The notes beneath the pieces were generated by a model. That model saw nothing but the letters and a program-made list of their open reading frames with translations. It had not been told where the DNA came from and made no database searches. The translations under genes and the position numbers were made by a program. This document shows positions 34,201-43,781 of a stretch of DNA of 64,000 nucleotides, in pieces (position 1 is the first letter of the stretch; each line of letters opens with the position of its first letter). The DNA is from Bugula neritina (taxonomy: Eukaryota > Animalia > Bryozoa): positions 372,001 through 436,000 of the forward strand of contig OZ037766.1 of NCBI GenBank assembly GCA_964035545.1, written 5' to 3'.

Positions 34201-37200
34201 CCTCGATTGTGGTCACTCCCTTGGCTTGTAACTGGTGGGAAGTCCAAAGAGTTGAGAGACTGTACAAAGGCTTCGAATGTGTAGTGCCGTCTGTGTGTTT
34301 CTGGCAGATCGCTATACGCGGTCCGTGCCAGTCTCTGCACCAGAGTGGCGTGGTCAGAGAGCGGTGTACATGTCTTGCGGAGTAATCCTCGCAGCCTGGA
34401 CTTGGCGACGGCAACGGGCATGCCAAAATGGGCCCGTAGTGTAGCAATGATCCCGTTTACGCTAGGCTTCCACCCGTCAGTGCCATCCGCAGTTTTGTAA
34501 GAGTTACTCTTGGCGGCCATCTTGTAATGGCTGCAGCTTCACGGAACTCTTGAACGAATTGTTCAATATCCTCGCGGCCTGTGAACACGGGAACCTCTAA
34601 TGTGTTCCTATATACCTCCTCTCCAGCTCCGAGAGGGCCTATAATAATGTTCTGCTCACCTCCTTCCATTGAAGTTACTCCCTCGTCCATGATGTTCTAA
34701 TACTTCTCATTGTTCTCATACAGTAGCTAGAAATCCCACCGCTGCCACCACTGTAGTAAATTGTGTAACTACTATGCGTGGGTTCCTAGCTTGTAATTAT
34801 AGTCTATTTATCTACACCAATAAAGCATTTAAGTAAGAGTTTCCAAAGTTTATTTACTACTAATTATATAAAAGATACAGCACGTACACAGGTTAGAGAT
34901 TACATCTTCGCTTAGTTAACACGCTCTCTCCACTGCAAAACTACTACTAGCTGAGGGTTATCACGTGACGCACTCGGATAGGCTGAAGGAATAGGGGGGG
35001 ACGCGCGTATTGTGGTGGTTCGTGGAACTACCAGCAGCACAACATGCAGGGTCGCGTAATTGACCCGGAACAATGGATAGCCAATTAGCGTAGTTGATAG
35101 TTAGCAGCAATTGTAGTTCCCGCTGCTAACTCAGTCGAAGCTAGAGTGTTAAATAGATTAGATGTGTAACTTGTTAGAAATAATGTATCGTGTTTTTATG
35201 ATGTATAGTTGTGTATAAAATATACTCGTTCACTCGACTTAGCCTGGTGCAGTTCTATACTAGATAAATAGACTCTCTGGATAGCATATCAACCCTAATC
35301 TGAAAATTATAACAGTGGTGGCAGCGGTGGGATAGTGCATCCAAGATGGAGACTGAAAATGCTGAAATTCAACCACCGGCAATCGAAGGTGAGCGTAGAG
35401 ACAATGCTGTAGAGACAATGCCTGTTAACCATGTAGTAGAAGAGCGAAGGGTTCCGCGGGAACTAGCTGAAGACCGCTACAGGTTAAAGGCGCCCACCTT
35501 CACGGGTGAAGAGGAGGTGGAACAATTTATTCAAGAGTTTAGCGACGTAATGGACGTCGCTCAGTGGCCCCCTAGGGTGGCCCTGCTGAAGCTTAGAATG
35601 GCATTGATGGACAAAGCCAAGCCCTATGGGCTGGGCGTAGACATTGATAATATCTTTGCTTCTCTGCGGGCCCGCTTTGGCCTCTCGGCTACAGATGCCA
35701 GGGCCCGATTACAGAGGTTGCGGCGTGATCCCCGCACCCCGCTGCGGGAGCATGCCGCCGCGGTCATGAAGCTGGCACAGATCGCGTACAGCGACTTGCC
35801 CCCAGTCAACCGCGAGAGGTACACCCTCGACGCTTTCATAGCATCTGTCGACGATCTGGGTCTCCACCACCAGTTTCTAGCTAGGGGAGTCACCACCGTT
35901 GAAGATGCTCTGACTGAGGGGGAAGCTTACCTCCTAGCTAACCAAATGCATAAAAGTCGCGGAAGCTCCCGCCAAGTGGAGATAGACCGCGCAGACACGG
36001 CCGCGGGACAAGGGGAGGAAACCCCCGCCGCGGCTGCCGTGTCCCAGTTGGCGACGGCATCAAAAGTCACTCAACTGACGGACATGCTAGCCAAGCTGAT
36101 AGCAACACTGACACCACAAAACCCAGTGAGTACCGCCCCTGAGCCCATGCGGCCATCGGCGCCGCCACAGGGAGAAACAGTCAGTTTTTGCTGGGAGTGC
36201 GGAAATCAAGGACATTTCCGCCGATATTGTCCCTTCCTAAATCAGGGGTTAAACTACCGCGGCCCGCAGATGTTCCCACCTTCCGCGGGCCGACGATGAA
36301 ACCTCTAGGGAAGAAGAAACGCAGGTCACCCAGACGGGTACCGCGTACTGGCAACCAACAGTGGCAACAGCCACGACGGACCAGCAAGGGGCTTCGCCCC
36401 GCGGCTGCCTTTTCTATGCCCCTTCACAACAGATTCACAGGGCTGCAAGTCCAAGAATCTGGATGGGAGCACACAAAGGTAGCTGAGGATCTAGCCTCGG
36501 CACCCCCGAGGCCTACCCATCACCGCCCCAAGAGACCTCCTTCGCGACCCAAAGCGAGGGAGGTACTCCCTGCGAGAGTAAGGCCTGAAGGGAGAGTTCA
36601 GGTGCAGCCCCATGGGAACAGCTATTTCTTGCCCGGTAAACTGGAAGGCAAAGCTGTTACTTTTCTCATTGATTCGGGCTGTACCACAAACCTCTTAAGC
36701 CGCCAACTCTTCGACACCCTCAGTGCTAGGGTCAGGGGCGAGATGGAAGCATACGAAGGGGAATACGGCACCCTAGCTGACGGGTCGTGCCTTCCCTTCT
36801 ATGGTATAATTGAGCTGACGGGACGAGTCCGCGATCAAACGATCCAAGAGACGTTCATCGTCAGTCAGCTCAAGGAGGATGCTATCCTCGGGATGCCGTT
36901 CCTTAAACGGCACGGATGTCACATAGATTTTAGCAGATCTGCAATGATGATGTCCGGGCGGGAACTCGCCTGCGTCGACAAGTTCGGCTGCCCTTTAGTG
37001 GGAGGTGTGCAAGTGGTACGCAACCGTACCATACCAGGCCGCTCCCGGGCTACCATTCACTGCAGGGTGAATAGTAGCCGGATCTCTGGACTCGGGGTGG
37101 TTGAAGGCGCGCACGAAAAGATCCAACTTGCCAGCAGTCTGAACCAGCTGACTGAGCAAGGGGAGATCTTAGTGCAGTGCGTCAACCCCTTTACCGAGCC

Positions 37201-40200
37201 TATCAAGCTCCCGGCTGGGTCGATGCTGGGCCGTTTTCACTCTGTTCAAGAGGGAGACGTAGGCCCGTCGCTGGGTGATGCGACAGAGGCACTCCCTCGA
37301 CACCCTATTCAGGGACGAGGGGCAGTCCCAACACATCTCCGGGAGTTATACGAGACGGCCAGTAACGGCTGCGCGAGTAACAGAGAGCGCCAGGCTATGG
37401 CCAAGTTACTACGCGACTACGGTGATGTGTTCAGCAGCGGAGAGCATGACGTGGGACTGACTGGAATTGTCAGACACGAAATACCGGAGAAAGAGAAGGA
37501 GGTTAGCCGACAAGTACGGGATCTTCTGGACCGGGGACTGATAGAGCCCGCCCATAGTGCGTGGAGCTCGCCAGTCGTACTGGTCCGGAAGAAAGACGGC
37601 AGTTGGCGGTTCTGTGTGGACTACCGCAAACTCAATAGCGTAACCATACAGGACGCCTACCCTCTACCTCGTATTGACGAGTCATTGGACGCCCTAGCCG
37701 GCAGCAAGTACTTCAGTACGTTAGACTTGCTAAGCGGCTATTGGCAGGTTCCTCTGAGTCCCGACGCCCAAGAGAAAGCGGCGTTTATCACACGGGACGG
37801 TTTGTGGAAGTGGAAGGTGCTGCCCTTCGGGTTAACCTCCGCCCCAGCCACCTTCCAGAGGCTGATGGAACAAGTCCTTAGCGGACTCCATTGGAAGACA
37901 CTGCTGGTCTACCTCGATGATGTCATCGTAATCTCTCCAGACTTCGAGACACATGTCAGTCGTCTGCAGGAGGTTTTCGAGAGACTCCGAGGTGCCGGTC
38001 TTAAGCTCAAACCTTCCAAGTGCGCTCTGTTGCAGCCGTAGGTCAAGTACCTGGGGCACGTTGTCGGTCGAAACGGCGTGGCAACGGATCCCGAAAAGGT
38101 ACGGGCAGTAGAAGACTGGGTCACCCCCCAAGACTTGACCGGACTCCGGGCTTTCTTGGGGCTGGTAGGGTATTACAGGCAATACATACCAGACTTTGCG
38201 GGCATAGCCCAGCCGTTAAACCGGCTTACCGCAAAGGGAGTGACGTGGCAGTGGACTCTAGTCGAACAAGAAGCGTTCGACCGCCTCAAGGGCTGCCTCC
38301 TAACGGCGCCCATCTTGGCCTACCCAGACCCCACTCTGGAGTACATCCTAGACACGGACGCCAGTGACCAGAATGTTGGCGCTGTGCTGTCGCAAGTGCA
38401 GGAAGGCCGAGAGGTAGTAGTAGCCTACTACAGCAAGTCTCTCTCTCCCGCTGAACGAAATTACTGCACTACCCGCAAGGAGCTGCTGGCAGTAATCAAG
38501 TCAGTGAAGCACTTCAGACCATACCTATATGGCAGGAAGTTCCGGCTGCGTACGGATCATGCCTCGCTGATCTGGTTGTGCAGGAGAGCAGAGCCCTCTA
38601 GTCAGGTCGCCCGGTGGCTCGAAATCCTAGCTGAATTCTCGTACCGGATCGAACACCGGCCGGGCAAGAGACACAGCAATGCGGATGGGTTGAGTCGCCG
38701 ACCTGAGGGAGGTTGCAAACAGTGTCTCAACATCGAGAGGAGGGATGGAGGTCCCCCACGATGCGAGTTGGAGACGCTGGCTCATCACGGAGCACCGTTT
38801 GACTGGGATCAAGGTCAACTCAGGCAAAGAGTTGATGAGTCCCCGGAGGATGTACAAAACCTCCGCGCCAACCCTGTACTGGCCGGTAATGTTCGAGAGC
38901 TGAAGAAGCTCCAAGAAGAGCTGCCTGGAGTCGTGGCAGACATCTACCGGGCCAAAAGGGAAGGGCGACGACCCAGCGAGGAACGCATAAGACAGGGATG
39001 CGCCGAGTTCCGGCTATACTGTCAGCGTTGGGACTCGCTGCGGATCGGGCAGGATGGATTGCTAACCATCTCTCTAGCTGCCAGCGGCAGACACCCGGAA
39101 AGGAAGAGGGTAGTCTGCCCCACAGCCATCCGCCGTGAGTTGATTTGGGATACTCACAAGCGGGCCCACGCAGGGGTCAAGCGAGTGATGTCCAAATTAC
39201 GACTCCGGTGGTATTGGCCACAGATGGAGCGTGACGTCCGGCTCAGAGTCAAACAGTGTGAGATCTGCCAGGCCAGTAAGCATAGCCGTCCCCCTGGTGA
39301 AGCAGGACGGCGGAGGCTATATGCTGGCAGGCCCTGGCAAGTAGTCGCTGTAGACCTGGTCGGACCCATGCCCCTGACCCCCAGAGGCAATAATTGGATC
39401 CTAGTACTAACCGACCACTTTACTAGGTGGGCGGATGCTCTGGCTATCCCAGATGCATCAGCCCCAACGGTGGCCAGGGCACTAGACCAACATGTATTCT
39501 GTTATTTTGGGCTCCCCGAACAGATACACTCTGATCAAGGCGCTCAATTCCAGTCTCAACTGATGAGCGACCTTTGCCACCTCTGGGGAGTAAATCAGAG
39601 CAGGACCACCCCCTACCACCCTCAAGGTAACGGGGTGGTGGAGCGCAACAACCGGATGCTAGGTGATGCACTCCGGAGTCTCCTCCTTGGACGAGGTCAA
39701 GAGGAATGGGATACGGTGTTGCCGCAAGTCATGCGTGCATACCGTAGCACCCCACACACCAGTACTGGTGAGACCCCAAACCTCTTGATGCTCGGGAGGG
39801 AGACTCGTGTCCCTGACCATCTCACCTATCACGTTCCAGAGCAGGATAACTCAGTCCATGAGTATGCCAGTGAACTAGTGGAACGGATGAAGGCCGCACA
39901 CGAGATACTGCGTCAACAGCAGTGGAAGGTGCGGCACGAAGATTCCGATGAACCACCCCTCTATCAAAGAAAAGATAAGGTGTGGATGGTCAATTACCGT
40001 AGGCGCCGCGGACAGGCTGATAAGCTGAAGCCTAAGTTCGTAGGCCCCTACGTGGTCGTCGAGGCTATGCCCAATCATACGTACAAGATTGAGCGCTCAG
40101 GACAGGTGTCTATCCAGAATGAGTCTCGCTTGAAACCGTATTGGGCTAGCCCCGGCGGAGTGGGAGAAGCCTCCCCGTTGTTAGAGCCCAGGAGGCAGAC

Positions 40201-42748
40201 AACAACGCGCGGGCGACGGCGGCATGGACCTGAATACGAAGTGGTCATACCGCGGGAAGAAAACTTGGTGAGAGAGGAGCGGCAGCTTTTGTCAACAGAA
40301 GCGTGTCCGCCACCGCCGAGTCTAATTCCATCACTTCCAGAAACCGAGCCGGTTCCGGAAGTGCAAACCCCCACGGAGGGAGGGCTCCATCCGGAGAACA
40401 AGAAGAGGTGACCGGGGACGGTGAAGTAGAGACGCCATTAGAGGCCCCTACTAACGAACCGGCAAGCGTGTCACCCCCCCTAGAAAGGGGACAGCGTACG
40501 AGGCAACCCCCCGCATACTTGAAAGACTTCGTATGTGACTGCGTTAAAAGCGGCACACATGAAAGTCTAGGGGAAAACCGTACGAGAAAAGAATCGAGCA
40601 AATGTGGGAGTTGTCAACACCACGGAAATATCAACTTTTGTATCGGCGGAAATAGAAACAAAATTCATCCGCCGGGTGCACAAAGTCTTAATCACGCACC
40701 CCAACCACGTTGCTCGATCTTTTCATACGCTGATGCAGTCAAGAGTAGACGTGTTTCTAAGCAGTAGTTCAAACCATTTCACATATTCAGTATGTCTTAC
40801 GACAACAGATCGTGGGGTGAGTTAACTATATCTTAATACGAAACTAGATTGCATCGCTCAGCTCTGACTCACTGAGTCAATCGAGCTGGAGATAGGTTAG
40901 TGAAATACCGTAGTAAGAACTCAGTTTGACTTAGAGATTTTTATAATCTCATTGCAATACGGTTCTATCTGACTATTCACTATCATTAATCTCTACGAGG
41001 TAACTGAATTAGGAGTTGCCAAGCTGTTCAAGCTGACAACACAGCAGTGTACTGTACTAACACTGTTGAAACTTTTTCAGATTACACTCGACCCGCTACA
41101 ACCAGGGTACGGGATAGAACACTTCCCGCTCCGTATCCGGAGGACTATGCTAGTGGTGACCGGCCTGAGCCACTACGCCGCCGTTGGCGGTGGGTGTCTC
41201 CACAAACCGAAGAAGAAATAGAAACAGCCTGGGGGTCCAGAGGACGGACGAGATGCCAGATCTGTGGTGAAGATTGCGCCTCTCACCGCTCCCTTAAACT
41301 ACACGTCAATGCTCATCTCCTACTGACCTTCTGCCCCTGCGGGTACAATGATGTGTATCCCTACCCCGTCACCAGACACAGAGCGGCGGGCTGTTTCCCT
41401 GGAGAAAACTATGTGGTCGACGCTAAGCTATACCCGGAGTTCCTCACGTATATACGACCTCTGGTAAAGAAGGCCATGCTATTAGCCGTTCTATCCTCGG
41501 GGTTCCAACGTGTGTTAGACAACGCCCGCCAACAATCCCCGTTGGTGTCTGACCGCCCTCAAATTACATACACCCCCGAGGAAACTACATATCCAGAAGA
41601 AGGAGAGATCTCCCCTACCCCGGCGAAGAGACGGACCAGGTCCCCCAGTCCACCCTTACGCCGCAGACGGACACCGTCCCCAGACCCAGTACGACTAGCT
41701 ACAGTAGAAGAACGCCTCCTACGATTACAAGAAGAGTTCACCCAGCTGGCGCCAGATCTACTTAACACTACCACAGGACTCTTCCAGCTGAAGGGATCCG
41801 TATGCCGTATGAAACGGAAACTGCGTACATGCCAAGCCAAGCACCGGCGTGCCCAACAAGGACTCTAGTATGCTACCCAGAATACTCCACATTTGGTGAG
41901 GAACCAAAATCGTGCAAATGCTTAACTGCTAGACAGGTTATTCCTTGTCTAATACCACAGCTAGCTAGTATTCCTCGTCTATCTACAGCTGGCCAATTGT
42001 ATGCAACGGATCGTTATAACGACTCTGTCTATTATTATGTCTCTTCCTGTATATTATGTATTATTTTTGTCCACTGATGTATGCAATTACTATTGAATGT
42101 TTTTTTTATATATATATCAGAAAGATGGCTTTCTGCTGGTGGGGGCGGTGTGGTGGTTCGTGGAACTACCAGCAGCACAACATGCAGGGTCGCGTAATTG
42201 ACCCGGAACAATGGATAGCCAATTAGCGTAGTTGATAGTTAGCAGCAATTGTAGTTCCCGCTGCTAACTCAGTCGAAGCTAGAGTGTGAAATAGATTAGA
42301 TGTGTAACTTGTTAGAAATAATGTATCGTGTTTTTATGATGTATAGTTGTGTATAAAATATACTCGTTCACTCGACTTAGCCTGGTGCAGTTCTATACTA
42401 GATAAATAGACTCTCTGGATAGCATATCAACCCTAATCTGAAAATTATAACAGTATTACGTCCTCACTACAATAAGATGATAATACTAATACTATTAGCA
42501 ATACTATTACTATTAGTATTAGTACTACGTCTACTACTAGTACTACTATGAGTATGTCTATTACTATTACTATTAGTATTAGTATTACTATTAGTACTAC
42601 TACTAGTATTACTATTACTATTAGTATTAGTATTAGTATTAGTATTAGTATTAGTATTAGTAATACTTATACTTTGACTTAAACTTTGAAATTAAACAAT
42701 ATGAATATGAGTATAATGGAAAATACAGACCAGTGCAACTTTTGCCAT
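22292..42748 (-). CDS. Carbonyl reductase 1-like SDR, copy 3 (exons 2-8 at 22292 to about 25655; exon 1 at 42748-42731); catalytic Lys replaced by Asn, possible pseudogene
   Basis: Same exon set; YSVSN instead of YSVSK (codon 22999-22997); intron 1 holds the nested LTR elements and the hAT remnant. Confidence 0.8.
24872..25267. mobile_element. Probable solo LTR (396 bp) inserted in the 18-bp VNTR
   Basis: Termini TGTAGTGAA...TTCACTACA form a perfect 9-bp inverted repeat; flanks GAGGA/GAGTA; absent from the paralogous introns; ends resemble family B LTR ends. Confidence 0.65.
25816..27230 (-). mobile_element. hAT (Charlie/Buster-like) transposon remnant with an internal foldback/MITE-like insert
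   Basis: TAGTGGTTCCCAATCTTTT terminus. Minus-strand peptides YLVNIFATLNILNLKMQ...FPTL and CLNLQSDLRWAWSNTEP resemble the Buster-type transposase C-terminal half. Imperfect inverted repeat at about 26250-26470 / 26715-26890. Confidence 0.65.
27477..27749 (-). repeat. 3' LTR of family B (273 bp)
   Basis: TGTAGT...ACTACA; nearly identical to 34752-35010 + 42457-42471. Confidence 0.96.
28102..29188 (-). pseudogene. Family B ORF3: acidic N-terminus, C2H2 and CxC-H-C fingers, basic Ser/Pro region, coiled coil (one stop, one frameshift)
   Basis: CRLC-x12-H-x3-H, FCPCG...RH...GC and ...EEQIRELEKE...SVARMK align with family A ORF3; TGA at 28690-28688; frameshift near 28380. Confidence 0.85.
29254..33962 (-). 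pseudogene. pol: Family B pol (PR LLDSGC, RT YLDD, RNase H, integrase with GPY) with premature stops
   Basis: ORF pieces 33962-33414, 33332-31437, 31217-30033 and 29919-29254 are collinear with family A pol. Confidence 0.93.
33959..34690 (-). pseudogene. gag: Family B gag, frameshifted
   Basis: PVFTGREDIEQFVQEF...WPPRV...KLRMAL and LRAHFG...AYSDLP match family A gag. Confidence 0.88.
34733..34750 (-). other. Primer-binding site (tRNA-Leu type) of family B
   Basis: TGGTGGCAGCGGTGGGAT, 1 nt inside the 5' LTR boundary; complementary to the 3' end of eukaryotic tRNA-Leu (...AUCCCACCGCUGCCACCA). Confidence 0.85.
35316..35333 (+). other. Primer-binding site (tRNA-Leu type) of family A
   Basis: TGGTGGCAGCGGTGGGAT, identical to the family B PBS. 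Confidence 0.85.
35346..36299 (+). CDS. gag: Gag with CCHC zinc knuckle
   Basis: 317 aa directly after the PBS; CWECGNQGHFRRYC knuckle. Confidence 0.93.
   Translation: METENAEIQPPAIEGERRDNAVETMPVNHVVEERRVPRELAEDRYRLKAPTFTGEEEVEQFIQEFSDVMDVAQWPPRVALLKLRMALMDKAKPYGLGVDIDNIFASLRARFGLSATDARARLQRLRRDPRTPLREHAAAVMKLAQIAYSDLPPVNRERYTLDAFIASVDDLGLHHQFLARGVTTVEDALTEGEAYLLANQMHKSRGSSRQVEIDRADTAAGQGEETPAAAAVSQLATASKVTQLTDMLAKLIATLTPQNPVSTAPEPMRPSAPPQGETVSFCWECGNQGHFRRYCPFLNQGLNYRGPQMFPPSAGRR
36248..36292 (+). promoter_or_regulatory. Putative -1 ribosomal frameshift signal (gag-pol)
   Basis: G_TTA_AAC in the gag frame, 5-nt spacer, then an 8-bp GC stem CGGCCCGC/GCGGGCCG; pol is in the -1 frame and overlaps gag. 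Confidence 0.7.
36251..40767 (+). pseudogene. pol: Family A copy 2 pol (PR-RT-RH-IN) with 51-bp deletion, TAG stop and tail frameshift
   Basis: LIDSGC, YLDD, HHCC/DDE integrase, GPY. HEIP^EKEKE deletion at about 37486 relative to copy 1; stop at 38039-38041; frame change near 40385. Confidence 0.92.
41081..41868 (+). CDS. ORF3: zinc-finger / RS-rich / coiled-coil protein, predicted second exon of a spliced gag-leader mRNA
   Basis: Open frame with CQIC-x12-H-x3-H, FCPCG...H...C, RRTRSPSPPLRRRRTPSP and a heptad region; no ATG near its start; preceded by TACTAAC...TTTTTCAG. Confidence 0.85.
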
Positions 42749-43781
42749 TTCTACTCTTTGAATCGCAAGCAAACTCAATAAATAGATAATAAATGTGAAA
42801 TCACAGAAATGGTCAGCCTGCACGTTGGAGCTCCTAGGTGCTACGTCGATACTACTAGTACAAGGGGAAGTGAAACTACACGGGATATAACCACTGAACT
42901 GAAACTATAACCTAGTTATAGTTCAATGGATATGACCACTGAGCTGGAATAGATAATTATAATAATAATTATAATTATAATAATAATTATTGAGTTCATT
43001 GGATATAACATTATAACTAGTAGTTTATTGTCAGCCTTTAACTTTTGTTGCCAGCTAGTAATGTAACTCCATGTTGCTAGCAGACAACTCCTATGCATAA
43101 CTATTGCCAGCTGAAAGTGCAAGTAAGTCCAAGACAGTTGAAATAAGTATATTAGCAGAGTTAATGTAAGAATGGGTCGGTTTGTAAAACTCTAGCGTCT
43201 AAATTCTATTGAAGTCTCACAATGGATACAGTGGTATCGGAAATATGAGTTTATTTTATTTAATAATGTAAATAAAACAATATTTTCAATCATAATCTTT
43301 ATTGAAAATATATGAATTTAGAACACAGTAACACGTAAATCCAACACAAATAGAAATTATAGCTGTGATCACAGAACGCTGACACAAGAAATAGCTGAAT
43401 TCTGACAGAGAAAAAGTAAAGTTACAGAAATTTATCTACTAGTCAAGAGTGGTACACAGAAAGGATCACCTTCAACACAAAGTATCTCTTTGCCATGAAA
43501 AGTTAAAGCAATTTCTATCGGCAATATAAAAACTAAGCGAGTAAACTTGAGTATACACATAGTAAAAATTAAAATCAGAATAAACGAATATGCTGATGAA
43601 AAGTATAAAAGTTCAACAAAAACAACAGAAAGTAACTTACAGGAACCAACTAATGGATTTGTCAAACACCAATACAGATTATCAGTCAATAAAATCAAAT
43701 AGTAAAACTCAGAGCTTCAGAAAGAAGGAAGAGCTGAGAGAAAGTATAAACAGAAGTCAGTGTCTTGAAGTTAATAAGGAG

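Larger units (their letters stand above)
35011..42452 (+). mobile_element. Ty3/Gypsy LTR retrotransposon, family A copy 2, full length, nested in the family B LTR
   Basis: 304-bp LTRs at 35011-35314 and 42149-42452 with one mismatch seen; TSD GTAT at 35007-35010 and 42453-42456; PBS, gag, pol, ORF3 and PPT 42138-42148. Confidence 0.97.
27477..42471 (-). mobile_element. Ty3/Gypsy LTR retrotransposon, family B, full length but defective; 5' LTR interrupted by family A copy 2
   Basis: LTRs at 27477-27749 and 34752-35010 + 42457-42471. TSD ATAA at 27473-27476 and 42472-42475, with the empty site visible in the paralog at about 20890. PBS 34733-34750, PPT about 27750-27760, gag/pol/ORF3 fragments. 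Confidence 0.96.

Noticed and set aside
41047-41868. ORF3 as an env gene, or starting at GTG 41047
   Set aside because: No signal peptide or transmembrane segment; the first codons overlap the branch point and polypyrimidine tract.
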